64,000 nt of DNA, taken from NCBI GenBank assembly GCA_963818475.1, contig CAWFSF010000006.1:1-64000 (forward strand), written 5' to 3'. The stretch comes from Nitrospirota bacterium (GTDB taxonomy: Bacteria; Nitrospirota; UBA9217). Positions 22,516-35,261 of the stretch are shown here, one piece after another. Each line of letters opens with the position of its first letter. Position 1 is the stretch's first letter. The notes beneath the pieces were generated by a model. It saw only the letters and a list, made by a program, of their open reading frames with translations, did not search any database and was not told where the DNA came from. Made by a program: the position numbers and the translations under genes.

Positions 22516-24931
22516 TCACCGTGCAGGGACCTGGAACTCCCTGACCGTTTCTGCCATCTGCTGTAACCTTTTGTTGACCAGGTAATTTACCGTTCCTTCC
22601 TTAAACGACCCATCAGCCTGCGGGCTCTCCTGCGGGCACTCCGGTGAGAAACTCAATACCCTCGTCAATGGTCCTTACCGGGTAAACGGTAAACTTTCCT
22701 GCTTTGGCTGCTTCCAGGATCTCTTCTTTGAGCATGAGGTTCTCGACATTGCTCGCCGGGATCATTGCTCCGTGATTCCCGTTCAGGCCCCTGGCCTTGC
22801 ATACCTCGAAAAATCCTTCAAGTTTCTCGTTTACGCCACCGATCGCCTGGACTTCTCCCCGCTGGTTGACCGATCCGGTGACTGCAATGGACTGCCTGAT
22901 GGGCAGACCCGAGAGAGCAGAAAGGATCGCATACAATTCCGTGCTCGAGGCGCTGTCACCATCAACTCCCCCGTAACTCTGCTCAAAGACCAGTTTTGCG
23001 GCAAGCGAGAGTGGTTTGTCCCGGGCAAACCTGTCTGCAAGGTAACCTCCAAGGATCAGGACACCCTTTGTATGGGTAGGTCCTCCCAGTTCCGCCTGGC
23101 GCTCGATGTCGACGATCCCTTCCCGGCCCACCGCGACGCTGGCAGTCACGCGGGATGGTCGGCCAAACGCAGCATCGCCCATCTCCATCACCGAGAGCCC
23201 GTTGATCTGCCCCACCTTGCTGCCCTCGGTATCGATCAGGAATACTCCCCTCCTGATGAACTCCTGTATTTTTTGCTGGATCAGGTTGGAACGGTACACC
23301 TTTTCCTCGACCGCTTTTAAGATATGTTTCACGGTTATGTAGGGTGCTTTTTCCCCAATTGCGTAAAAGTTGGCCTCCCGTATAAGGTCAGCGATACCCG
23401 AAAATCTTGTGGAGAGCTTCTTTTTGTCTTCTGCAACGCGTGACCCGTATTCCACGACCTTTGCTACAGCGGTATTATCGAGGTGCTTCAGACTGAAGCG
23501 TTTACAGAGCGTGCAGATGAACGCAGCGTATTTCTTTGTATTTTCTTCATTCCTGTCCATGACAATATCAAAATCAGCCCTTACCTTGAAGAGTTCCGGG
23601 TAGTCCGGGTCTCCCTTTTGGAGGATCTGGTTGATATCGGGTGTGCCGATAAGGATGACCTTCACGTTCAGGGGAATTGGCTGGGGTTTGAGACCTCTCA
23701 TCGTAATAAACCCTGCCTGCTCACCCGGCTCTTCAATCCGGGCCTTCTCCGTTTTAAGGGCGGATTTGAGCCCGTCCCAGGCCAACGGGTACCTGAAGAG
23801 GTCAAGTACCGGGATGACCAGGTAGCCCCCGTTGGCTTTATGGACCGATCCCGGGCGGATCATCATGAAATCTGTTGTTACTACGCCGAACTGGACTTCC
23901 CGTTCTGCTCTCCCCAGGAGGTTCTGGTAGCTGGGTGTCTCTTCAAAGACGACCGGTGCCCCGGCAATGTCTCCATTGTCCGCAATAACATTGATCTCGT
24001 ATTTCCTGAATGCAAGGTCTTTTGCGAGCCATTGCTGGAACGGGGGCGGGACCTGTTCCTGTTGCTGCTGCTGAAGTTGCTGTGCCGATCCTAGGAATAT
24101 ACCGAGGTTGTCCAGGATGTCTTTCTGGACGCTGTCGATATACGAGATCACGTCACTGATTTTTTCGTATTTTTCTTTGAGACCGGTGAGAAGATGACCG
24201 ATGGCATAGAGCGCTATCTCACTGTTGAGCTGTGTGACCACCTCCATCTCTTTTGCACCAAGTTCCCGGACCTGGCGAAAACCGCTCCGCAGGTCGATAT
24301 CGAGTGCTTCCCTTCTCTGGATTATCCCTCCCTGGGTCTCCTTTGGGAGCGCTTCGAACTCTTCCTGCGTCAGGGATTTACCATCAATGACCGGAATAAT
24401 GATGAGACCGGTTGGCCCGATCTGGATCGAAAAACCCTGTTTTGCCGCACTTTCATTGACCTGACCGACGATATTCTCCCGCTCCTTGTTGATTTTCCCG
24501 AGCGCTTCTGACCGTTTTTTTGTATAATCATCACTGTCGAATGCACGGGGCAGGGCTCTTCGTGCCTCTTCGACAAAGAAGGCCATGTCCCTCTTCAGCT
24601 GGCCGCTCATGCCGGGAGGAAGGCGGATAGCGAGCGGCTCGTACGGGTTGGCAAAGTTATTGACATAGACCCAGTCATCGGCTTTTGGTTTGGTTTTCGC
24701 CAGCTCGTCGAGGAAATTCCTCACAGCAGTCCTTCTCCCGGTTCCGGGCATCCCGGCGACATAGATATTAAACCCCCTTTCCTGGATCTCAAGACCGAAC
24801 CGGAGCGCCTTCTGTGCCCGTTCCTGCCCGATAATCTCTTCGGTGGGTCTCATGGTCTCGGTGGTCCTGCACTCAACCAGGCTGGCCTCATACACAGCCC
24901 GGTACTCTTCAATGGGTAATGATTTGATCAT
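22516..24931 (-). CDS. Lon-like protease (LonC/COG1067 type, soluble)
   Basis: IIGQERA, PGSVHKANGGYL, VDGDSAS (catalytic Ser) and IGGVNEK (catalytic Lys). No TM segment. Frameshift near the C-terminus. Confidence 0.92.
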
Positions 24932-25737
24932 GTGTGGTTGTCCTCCTTGTTTTTATTCCCCGATCAGCAAAAATATCGTTTTAACCGGAAACCCGCCAAT
25001 AAATGGAAGATTCCTCGACAGGAATCCCGGTCCGATCCATTTTAACCTCAACTGGTCCTCTTTTACCGTGCAATTTTCCTCTCATCTGAGGTATTTATGC
25101 ATATGCTCTCTTCTCAAAAACCAGAACATCCCTGGTTTTCAATCCGGTTCCAGGTATCACTCTTGACCGTTCAAAGAAACATCTTTCAATTATTGCTACC
25201 AGCTCTGGTGGTCCTGACTGATCCCCATGTTCCCTTTTGCTGTACCAGAAATTGTTCCTGGGTATCTTTTTTTCGTTTGTGGGACTGCTCCTGAGCGTAA
25301 CCCTTAAGACTGGCGCTTGCAGTCCCATGGTCATGGTTCCCCGGCACTCCTTGCGACGGGAACATTTGTTTCTCTCCTCCTTGGCGCTGAAATCATGTGG
25401 GTAGTCGCTGGTGGGATTGGGATGGCAGTTGTGATGTTTTTTGTTGGGCACTAAAATGAGTGCATGACCTGTGAATGCTTCCAGTATTCATCGTGAAATA
25501 TATAGAAAATATATTAATGGTAAAAGGATACTGTAGGTATGACACAACATTACGTTGTGCCAGAAACCATGGAACTAACCCTATTTATAACCCCATTTTT
25601 TCCGAGGCCAGGTTAAAATCCGTATTCAACTGTCTTTTTCAGATTGAAAATAAGGACAGGATAACTGGTTTGACGAATCCTTACTTGCGGAAAACCTGCA
25701 CTATTTTAAGCAGAGCCGGTATAGTATCCCAAATACG

Positions 25738-26391
25738 ATGGATCGAAAAGTAAAACATGTGTTGTTCCTGATGGCAGCATGTGCACTGGCGCTCTCGGTT
25801 GCTGCGCACGTTTTTGCAGTGTTCCCGTTTGATCTCAAAATTTCCCATGAACTGCAGGAAATGAAAAACCCGGTGCTCGCCCTGGTTATGCAGGATGTAA
25901 GTGCACTCGGGGAAACCTGGATCGCAGTCATTCTGATCGGGTCAGTTTCTGGTTTTTTTGTAATCAGGCGCCAGTTCCTGAAAGCAGGTTTTGTACTTGC
26001 AACTGCCAGCAATTTCGTGCTCACTTCCGTGCTCAAAGTGCTGGTTGCCCGGCCCCGCCCGCCGGATTTTTCCCCGAACCCTGCGGATATGTTCCCCCTC
26101 GTCAACCAGTACAGTTTCCCGAGCGGACATGTCCTCTTTTTTGTGGTCTTCTTTGGTTTCATTGCGTACCTGGCATGGCTTTTACACGACGGACGTGTCC
26201 GTATACCTGTAATTGCAGCCTGTGGAGTACTGATCCTGCTCATCGGCCCGTCCCGCGTGTACCTCGGCGCTCACTGGGCGAGTGATGTTTTAGGGAGTTA
26301 TATCATCGGGGCCTTGTGGCTGTTTGTCCTTATTTTCGGGTACCAGCTGGCGTCACACAGGGAATATCCGGTCCAAAAAACCAGCGAATAA
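25738..26391 (+). CDS. PAP2-family phosphatase
   Basis: KVLVARPRP, SFPSGH and SRVYLGAHWASDV. Confidence 0.94.
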   Translation: MDRKVKHVLFLMAACALALSVAAHVFAVFPFDLKISHELQEMKNPVLALVMQDVSALGETWIAVILIGSVSGFFVIRRQFLKAGFVLATASNFVLTSVLKVLVARPRPPDFSPNPADMFPLVNQYSFPSGHVLFFVVFFGFIAYLAWLLHDGRVRIPVIAACGVLILLIGPSRVYLGAHWASDVLGSYIIGALWLFVLIFGYQLASHREYPVQKTSE

Positions 26392-26480
26392 CTCAGGCTC
26401 GGCTGTTGTTGTCGGCGATATCCGGAATGCAGGTATGAATCTCTCTCGTGAGACAAGAGATGCGATAACGGGGTCATAGA

Positions 26481-27039
26481 TCAGAGAAGCACCGGAACAG
26501 CAGTTAAAAGGATACAGATGCTGATGGGGATGACCAGGTTGTCATCAACCGGTGAGAACATCTCGATCATTCCGGCAATGACCGCAACGATGAGGGCACC
26601 GGGAGCCGGCATGACCAGGAGCAGGACGAGGAAGGTGATAATAATTGCGGCGACTGTCCCCTCCAGGGATTTGCCATTGTAAATGCGGTTCCTGCCAAAC
26701 CTGGTACCCGCAATGGTTGCAACCCCGTCAAGGACTGCCAGCGACACCAGCGCCGGTATGACCACGGGTTTTGAAAAAAGGATCACGCAGGCAAGGGCAC
26801 TTATGGCAAAATACAGTGCACCTTTTCCCGGTAAAGGGTCGCACCGGTCCACATATTTCACGAGAGCCGAGAAGACCGGGAGCCTGTAGCCGCGGAGGAT
26901 CAGGTCAACGAGAATGATGCCAAAAAAGAGACCTCCTGCAAGGATCGCGGTCGCCGTTGCACTGTCCAGGACAACGAGCATCACGGCGATACCCAGGCCG
27001 AAGATACAGGTGAATGAGTTTTCGGGTCAGCTCCTGCAT
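26481..27039 (-). CDS. dolichol/phytol kinase - cytidylyltransferase family membrane protein
   Basis: RKLIH N-terminus, DG.AT..G.RFG, KSLEG and DDNL.IP. Frameshift near the 5' end. Confidence 0.85.
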
Positions 27040-27220
27040 ACATCACATAGTTTTGCGGACGGAAGGTAAAAAGTTCCTGCCCTGCACCCGGGAGCCTGCG
27101 GTAAAAAAATAAGTCAATCTGGGAGTGCCCTGCGTTTCTGGCCCCTGCGGAAAAGTTGCCCTGCCGGGTACGTCACACACCTGTGTTATTGGAACTGACT
27201 GGTGCTCTCCCCAAAATACG

Positions 27221-27786
27221 TCAGGTCTTACTGATAGTGACGAGTTTTATCCGGTACGTGAGGTTCTGGCCTGCGAGCGGGTTGTTTTCATCCCACGTCA
27301 GGGAATCGCGGGTTACATTCAGTATTTTTACCACAATGACGGCATTGTCTGTCTTACGGGTGATCGTAATTTTCTGTCCTGCTGTAAACGATTTATTTTC
27401 GAGGGGACCTACGCGGGGAACAACCCGGACCAGCTCGGGATTGTAAGGGCCGTATGCCTTATCATAGGGGATGGTTACCGTTTTTTCCTCATTTATCGTC
27501 ATACCGGTAACCGCATCCCGGAAGCCATCGATCACACTCGCATTGCCCAGCGTGAATGTGAGAGGTGTTCCATTCATGTTCGAGCCAAAGACGGTCCCGT
27601 TCTCAAGCATCCCCGAATAATAGACCGATACCGTGTCCCCGAGAGTCTGCACCACTCTTAACCTGCTGCGCAGACGTATTCTGAGGAGAAGGTGTTGCAG
27701 GATTGCCGGTTACACACCCGCTCATAACGGTACCGCATAGTATCAGAATTCCCAACAGGACAGTCTGTCATCTGGTTTTCCTTCAT
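27221..27786 (-). CDS. FKBP-type peptidyl-prolyl isomerase with signal peptide
   Basis: GDTVSVYYSGMLENGTVF, IPYDKAYG and NNPLAGQNL. Confidence 0.88.
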
Positions 27787-28117
27787 GGTCATCATCTTTT
27801 GTATACTATCTGTACATGTTCACGATCCTGAAATTTATTCGTGATGGGTATGGTCTATCCTTTCTATAAGATCATACTGTGTTACGGGCAACAATTTTTT
27901 TAAGGAATAAAAAAATTGGTTGTAGTATCTTTTTTGTGGGAAGAACTTCATCGTTTATCAAAAGAGTCCCGGTGAATCGATAAAAAACCAGGATAAGAAA
28001 GCCTGATTTTGCCCTTGGGAGATACATGATCCTGAGGTGCGTGCCTGAGGCAGTACACCACAACAGGTAAAAAAATCCTCCCTTTTGCAGTGTGAGAGAG
28101 TAATCTGTGGCCTGATA

Positions 28118-29294
28118 TCAGAGTGTGAGGAATCCTTCAGGTGCAATGCCTGTGGCGAGCATTACCATTGAGATCTCCTTATATCCGGTCCAGGCAGGAG
28201 ACTCCCTGTTTTTATCCGACATCCAGAAATGAATGATTGCTTCTCTTAGCGGCACATATGCCAAAATTGCCTCAACCTTGTGCTGCAGGGAACCTGTATC
28301 CTTAAACAATTCCGGGTGGTGCCGGATCAGGTCACAGAGGTTTTTTGCTCCTGCAAGTCCAATTGCCAGTCCGAGTTCCCGGAACGCAAGACGGTATTTT
28401 GCGGGCAAATCCAGAGACCCTCCCTGCAGACAGGATACGAGACCTGGCAAAGCTGAATCCACGACTGATTCCAGGAGCCTTCCGTACGATTTGCCGGATA
28501 CGACGGACAGTTGGGCAATCCTCAAAGCATCGGAAAGAAGCCCGCCGGTACCAAGAGGATCTTCGGTGGAAAGATCCATTCCCCGGCAGATACCGGCCAT
28601 ACCGGCCATTTCTGTGGCCAGGGAAGGAAAAGAATACAGGCCGGAATAATTACCTGCGGTCAGCTGCAGTTCGGCACAGGTTACAAAACCGTCGAGGGGA
28701 TCATGCTGGCCCATCGAGAGGACAAGGGGACGGGTGAGATCTGTGTTCATCTTCCAGTACATCCGTTTCCTGCTGCCAGGTGAGGGAAGGTATGTGAACC
28801 GGGCGCATGCTACCTTTGCAAGTTCGATTGCCCACCGTATATATTTTGGATCCCCGGTTACCTGACTCACCCGGTCTGAGAGCATGCATCCATTTTGTCA
28901 GGTAATGGAAGTACTGCCCGTCCCTGTCCCATTCAAGGCGCTCATTATATCCTTCATCGATCCTGCGTTCAGGCAGGGATTTGCCTATCCGCAGCCCTCC
29001 CGCTGTTGGATGAATCTCGCCGTCCTGTGCAGAAAGGCCACTGATCCACCCGCTTTCTAATCCATCATCACGGTACCTGCCAAGAGTATGATGCACCTGG
29101 TCAACAAGACGCAGGGCGAGATCCCGCCAGGCAGCATCCTGCGTCTGGCAGAAAATCCCAAGACAGGTACACACGGCAAAGGCGTCCGTCCACAGGTACC
29201 GCTGTGGCCGTTTATGAGGGGGATCAAGCCCGGTCAACCGGGCAAAGTCAAGCAGGATTTCCTGTGCCAAGACCGGGGATCTATTCATGTCCAT
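28118..29294 (-). CDS. conserved hypothetical protein, frameshifted
   Basis: Motif-like blocks RYLWTDAFAV, GLRIGK, DGQYFHYLTKWM, SMGQHDPLDG and RLAFRELGL. Confidence 0.7.
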
Positions 29295-29559
29295 TATGTC
29301 TCCTGATACCCTCACTGAATATAAAACAATTTGCAAAAATAAAGACAGCAGTCTATGTTTCATTTTATGTTTCAAAAACTGTTTTTCCACAAATCGGTTA
29401 TAAACCCCGGGTTTCTACTACGAACTGGTGATCTGTATTCTCTCAACACAGGGGTCTGATGTCTGTACTGAATCTGTTAGCTCCAGGGAATGTTCGTTTC
29501 CCCCGTACCTGTTACACATCAGGAACAGCAATAAAAATACTACTGCCTTTCGAATTGAC

Positions 29560-29871
29560 GGGAAAACGCGGGAATTAACGAGTGAAAATCTGGAGGCCCT
29601 CCGGATGTATGCGACCGCCGGAGAATTAACCGAGCTCTCCGCATTTCAGGAGTTTTTGGAACGGTTTGTGAAACCCAGTGCGGATTGTGCCGTGCAGTGC
29701 ATGCTGCTCTGGGCAGAATGGGTCCGGTATTATAAGAAAACGACCAGGGAATTTCCGGCACTGATTCTTGAAAAAAATTTCATGGACCTCGTTACACGTA
29801 AGTTTGATCTCCCGGTTTCAGAGGATGAATCACGTGGATTTGTCTTCCCGGGATTGACGTTTATTGCCTGA
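29560..29871 (+). CDS. hypothetical protein, possibly a winged-helix DNA-binding domain
   Basis: FLERFV...LWAEWVRY...RGFVFPGLTF resembles the C-terminal tail of D5/P4-type primase-helicases. Start is uncertain. Confidence 0.4.
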   Translation, partial: GKTRELTSENLEALRMYATAGELTELSAFQEFLERFVKPSADCAVQCMLLWAEWVRYYKKTTREFPALILEKNFMDLVTRKFDLPVSEDESRGFVFPGLTFIA

Positions 29872-30216
29872 CCTGTCAGGTTGCAGAGGGCCTGGATACT
29901 AAAAAGAAAAAAGAATTGAGGGTATTAAAACAAAACCGGAGATCAGTATCGTTTCCTCGCCGGCATTCATTAAGTATAAAAACTGATCTCCTTTTTTCAA
30001 ATAGTGTGTTAAAAATTGAAATCTTTGTGTTGTTGCCGGTATCTTTTCAGGAAAAGAGAGGAAAAGATACCGGTTTTTTGTTATCAACCCGGTAAAATGA
30101 ACCCCGGTCAGGCAAACGTATAATCCGGGAGCTGGATCCTTTTCTACCCTTTTCTGGTTGCCTGCGGTAAAGACCGGACATTAATAATAATAGGTATATC
30201 AGCATAACACATCCAT

Positions 30217-30929
30217 ATGCACAAGAATACCCGATTTGTATGTGGTCTTCTCGCATTGCAGCTGATCGTTGCCCTGCTTGTCCTGCCGGTATCTGCAGCT
30301 ACCGAAGGAAAACCCACCATTTCTGCATCGATGTCAACCGTGTTCTTAAAAGCCGGCGAGCCCCTTACCGTCCAGGGCATAGCGACAGGTCAGGCCACCG
30401 AAGGGGTCCAGATCTGGATCTTTGCAGGGAATTATTTAAATGTCAGGTACTGCAGCGGTCAATCCTTCCGGTACGTTCTCAAACGCCTATACTACTACCG
30501 GTCTTGCCCCGGCGAAATATTACGTGATTGTCCAGCACCCGGGAGTTGATAACAGCCTCCAGATTACGACCAAGGGGAACACCGGACAGGTAATCAACCG
30601 GAAAACCAATGCCACGGTTTTCAGTTTTACCGGAGCCGGAAACCTTGTTGACGCCGCGGCTGTCACTGCTTTGAGCAATGCCTTCAACGCCCCCGGAGTG
30701 GATGATATCTATACGAAACTCGTATTTACCATTCTTCCGGCAAATGAGGCCGTGCCAACCTACCCGGGAAATACTCCTGCACCGGGTTCAGTGACCATCC
30801 GCGACACCAGCCGGAACGGGAGCAGTACCCGTTTCCACGACTGCTGCAAAGTCGCCGGTTGGGCTCGTCACCGTGATTGCGGGTATTACCCTTGCTCTTG
30901 GTGCAGCCCTGTATACCAGGAAACAATAA
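30217..30929 (+). CDS. secreted surface protein with a C-terminal TM anchor, frameshifted
   Basis: Signal peptide (LPVSA), YYVIVQHPG motif, Pro/Thr linker and KSP-TM-RKQ end. Confidence 0.75.
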
Positions 30930-31083
30930 CCGATCCTTTTTTCCTGAGCATGAGCGACACATCCACACCAAAACAGTCCGGGCGCCGGGTGGGTGTCGGG
31001 TCGGGATACCAAAAAAGGCTGATACCCATGTTTATTCAATGGCAAAATACTGAGTTTCCCTGCATAAGAGCGGGACCCTGCAC

Positions 31084-32555
31084 ATGGTTCAGGTGATCCT
31101 GGTGAAACCCGGTCCTGCGATTGAAACGACTCCGGATGTCCCGGCTATCTGCCATACGCCCGATGTACCTGTTACACCAACCGGTAAGCATATCGTGCTG
31201 TTGATCGCTATACTTGCCGGCTTCCTCACACCGTTTGACGGGTCCGCGGTCAATATCGCGCTGCCTGGCCATGGGTGCGGAATTCCACATGGATGCCATC
31301 TCTCTCTCATGGATTGCGACCGCATACCTCCTTGCCGCCGCCCTCTTTCTGGTGCCCCTGGGAAAGATCGCCGATATCTACGGCAGAAAACGGGTCTTTT
31401 TGTCTGGTATTGCGATCTTCTCCTTTGCGTCCCTTGTCATGACAATGGTCCCCTCCACGGGTCTCCTCATAGCCGTCCGTGCCCTCCAGGGGTTCGGGGG
31501 TGCCATGATCTTCGGGACGAGTGTCGCTATCCTGACGTCAGTATTTCCCCCGGGTGAGCGGGGAAAAGCGCTCGGGATTTACATAACCTCCGTGTACTTC
31601 GGGCTCACGGTCGGACCATTTTTAGGGGGAGTGCTGACCCAGTATTTTGGCTGGCGCAGTATCTTCTTTGTCAATGTCCCGATCGGGATCATCACCTGCC
31701 TGCTTATTTTCTGGAAACTGAAGGGTGAATGGGCGGAGTGCAGGGGTGAGCGTTTCGATCTGTATGGCTCTGTCATCTATGCTGGCGCTCTTGTCTGTGT
31801 GATGTACGGTTTTTCCCTTGTGCCGGATGTCACCGGCATCCTGCTGGTTGCTGCCGGATGTCTGATTGGTATCATTTTTGTCCTCTACGAGATGAGAATT
31901 TCCGGCGCCGGTATTAGACATGCGCCTCCTGACAAAGAACCGCGTCTTTGCCTTTTCCAACCTTGCGGCTCTCATCAGTTACAGTGCAACGTTTGCGGTG
32001 ACGTTTCTTTTAAGCCTCGATCTCCAGTATACCAGGGATTTTTCACCGGAACACGCCGGGCTGATCCTGATCGTCCAGCCCGCGGTGATGGCGCTTGTCT
32101 CACCTGTTGCCGGGCGGCTGTCTGACAGGATTGACCCTCAGATCGTTGCATCGGGTGGAATGGCGTTTTCCGCGACCGGGCTTTTCCTGCTCGTCTTTTT
32201 AGTTGAATCGACACCGTTATGGTACCTGGTCATCTGCCTGGTCGTGCTTGGCATTGGTCTTGGGATGTTCGCTTCACCGAATACCAATGCGATCATGAGC
32301 TCAGTTGAAAAACGGTATTACGGGGTTGCATCGGGTATGAACGGGACGATGAGGCTCCTTGGCCAGATGCTTTCGATGGGGATTGCCATGATGCTTTTTG
32401 CACTCATCATCGGTCGCGTCGAGATCACTCCTGAATACTTCCCGCAGTTTGTATCAAGCATGCATTACACGTTCATTCTCTTTATGGTCCTCTGTATTAT
32501 CGGGATTGCTGCCTCGCTGAAACGGGGAAAGCGGCAGCAGATCAGTGAAAAATAA
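31084..32555 (+). CDS. MFS transporter (DHA2/EmrB-like), frameshifted
   Basis: DGSAVNIAL, GKIADIYGRKR, GERGKALG, GWRSIFFVNVPIG and GRLSDRI. Confidence 0.92.
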
Positions 32556-32609
32556 TCAATATTTTTAGATAAAATGTGGTTGGGGACCTGTTCCCTCAGA
32601 ACTTTAAAA

Positions 32610-32791
32610 AAACGATGAACCCCGCCGCCCCCGAAAGGAAGCCCCCGCGGCGGATCAGTACTGAAAATCCAGTACCTGGAGAATTCCAAAATACCTCATT
32701 TCCCGTTGCGCCTGAACAGAGGTCCTGAGGCGGGGTCCTCGCAGAAAAAACCGATCAGATGTGAATTTTGTCAGAGCGTTTCACCAGAGCA
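32610..32791. repeat. partial copy of the MITE-like element (modules B+C and right end)
   Basis: CGATGAACCCCGCCGCCCCCGAAAGGAAGCCCCCGCGGCGGATCAGT...CCTGAGGCGGGG...TTTCACCAGAGC. Confidence 0.75.
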
Positions 32792-32840
32792 ATAATCTCT
32801 TCTTTTTTGTGCCTTAAGCGGAGGTGTTATCCCGTTGTTC

Positions 32841-33633
32841 CTATCTGACGGTCTCTGCCTTCATGGACGTAAAGAGCCGCCCCTCACCCGCGATCCATCC
32901 CCGGGTATTGTCCACGTTTTCAATAACCACCGTATCCGAGTAGCCGTGACTGGTCCACCCGCCTCTCCAGGCCGAGTTGGTCCCGGAGATACTGACACGG
33001 AGTGATAACGATACCGGGTGTTCTGCGGTATACCAGATGTATACCGGTACCGGGTGGTCATACACCCGTCCTGCACAGGGGAGGGTACAGGATCCCGGAG
33101 TGAATATACCGTCCGGGAAAAAGAGCGGTTCACGGCCGTAGGGGTAGCTTGTGTTGATTTCCCTGTCAACCTGTTCCATGACGGCGATCGTTACGGGGAC
33201 TAGGATGGGGGTATCAGCCGAATATTCACGCCCGGGGACAAGGGTTGTCGGCAGGACACTCGTTCCGGGCTCGATCGCGATCGGGTACCCGTGGTATTCC
33301 GGGACCATCCGGGCGGCTGTTATTGCGAGCATGGGGGTCGTGTTCTTCCTGACAAGAGAACAGTTCCAGTCCGAAGAAATGCCATACGCCGTTTTGTTCA
33401 GGATGGAGCCCATGAAAAACGGGGTATGGTTCAGTTCGGGGACCGGGAGAAAGAAGGTCACGTCCTGGAGCGAGGTATTGTACGAGAGCTCGATGAGATA
33501 GTGAATAATCGTGGCGCTCGCTCCGGGCGGCTGCCTGGTCGAACTGGTATGAAGTCCAGGCAAAAATCGATACAACTGCAAGAACCACGACAAGGATGAC
33601 GATTGTCCGGAACCTGATGGGGGGGAGGGTCAT
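32841..33633 (-). CDS. membrane-anchored hypothetical protein, frameshifted
   Basis: N-terminal TM followed by a beta-rich domain. Confidence 0.65.
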
Positions 33634-33698
33634 GTTCAATAGTTTCTTTGGTCTTTTAAGTTCCCTGCGCGGGAAACACGCATTTGTTGACCGAAGGA

Positions 33699-34382
33699 TC
33701 ATATATCGACCCGGGATACCTGTTCACGGCAGTACTGGACATTGTCAACAGCTGAAGAGGTGGTTTTTGCTGCCTCCCTCCTGCAGATTTCTCCTGATAA
33801 CGATGCGAAATCCTTCAGGAGCTGTCTGTCAATATAGATGCCATTGAAATAGCAATTCGGGTTATCGAGCTGGAGTGATTTTGCCGTATCCGAGCACTTA
33901 TAGATCTCATCATTGTGGGTGATCTCGAGTGCCGTCCTTGCGACATCCGCACATGAACCATACATCCCGTACCGTGCCTGCAATGCAGAGACATTCACCA
34001 TGCCAGTATCACCAAAGGTTTGTGTTGCAGGAGGATTTGTGGCAGAGGAAGCCGCACCCCTCGTTAATAACCCGGGCGCGCCGGCAATAAGTAAAAATAA
34101 CAACCCCAGTATGCATACCGGGACGAGGACTTCTGCTGATTTTCTCCAGTCATCATCTTCGGGTGAACGGAGTTTCTGATACACGAACAAGGGAAGGATG
34201 ATGAAAATAACCAGCAATGCATTATGGTAGAGATAGGTCAGGTTCTCTCCGATGAGCTGGGGTTTGTTGGAAATAAAGGGAAAGATGATATTGAAAAAAA
34301 TTAAAAAACCTGCGACAAACAGCGTAAAACAGAGTATACACTTTGCAAAAAACCGGCGGGTTTCTGTTGAAAATAAAGCCAT
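33699..34382 (-). CDS. three-TM hypothetical protein with a Cys-rich external domain
   Basis: 227-aa intact ORF. Confidence 0.65.
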   Translation of the reverse strand: MALFSTETRRFFAKCILCFTLFVAGFLIFFNIIFPFISNKPQLIGENLTYLYHNALLVIFIILPLFVYQKLRSPEDDDWRKSAEVLVPVCILGLLFLLIAGAPGLLTRGAASSATNPPATQTFGDTGMVNVSALQARYGMYGSCADVARTALEITHNDEIYKCSDTAKSLQLDNPNCYFNGIYIDRQLLKDFASLSGEICRREAAKTTSSAVDNVQYCREQVSRVDI

Positions 34383-34564
34383 ATATATTTCTATTTTAGT
34401 TATTCATTGACGTTATAGATATTCTTTTCATTCCGGAACCTCTGGCAGGAATTTCATAGATTGACGCTATTTTTCAACGAATACTACAAAAAGATAAAAC
34501 CCTTTTTTGCAGATGCCCGGGGAAACCTGTCTCCCCATGTGTAACATAAAAATTCCCTGAAATC

Positions 34565-34951
34565 TTAATCCGGCCGTGAATACCACACTATTCCGTACTG
34601 GTCTTTATGTTCACGAAGTGTCCCTTTTCTTACGCATTTTTTTAAGTATCTCCTGAACATTGCCATCTGGATATCCCCGATTGTCCACGGGATTTTGCCC
34701 GGACTGAATTTTCCTTTGAATTTTTTGAGATATCCCTCCAGTTTCTGTTCCATTCTTCTTTCCGAATTATCCGTAATTGTTCTGGGCCGTACCGGGTTAC
34801 TGGCAGTGGTTCTGAATTCGCGTATATCAGAACCACTCCTGGTGTTCTTCTCCTCCTTCCAGATGTTTCCGCATCGTTTACAATGAAGGGTATTCAGGAG
34901 ACAATACACGTCTTCACTGGAACAGACCGGACAACCTGCCTGAGTCGCCAT
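34565..34951 (-). CDS. zinc-ribbon hypothetical protein
   Basis: CPVC...CKRC at the N-terminus and a basic C-terminal domain. Confidence 0.65.
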   Translation of the reverse strand: MATQAGCPVCSSEDVYCLLNTLHCKRCGNIWKEEKNTRSGSDIREFRTTASNPVRPRTITDNSERRMEQKLEGYLKKFKGKFSPGKIPWTIGDIQMAMFRRYLKKCVRKGTLREHKDQYGIVWYSRPD

Positions 34952-35261
34952 TTCTTCACCTTGCCAGAACTACAAGGAATGAATTACCGTACGGGAACCT
35001 TTTGCATTAATCTAGGGAGTACATGGAAATGCGTTTCTGGATATTTATAATCTTTTATTTAGTAATAGTCTGTTTTTATAAAACTGTATCCCTGCAGCCG
35101 TTGCATCCGGTAGGGAGCGGATGCAAGGATGAGAGTTGAGGACGATGCAGGAAAGAAAGGTCATACCCTCCGCAATTATCCGTATTTCGTTTTCTGGCAG
35201 GATTGAATGCTCCTTTGCAGGGGTTTTTTAAAAAATAAGGAATAATAATGGTATAACGCCA

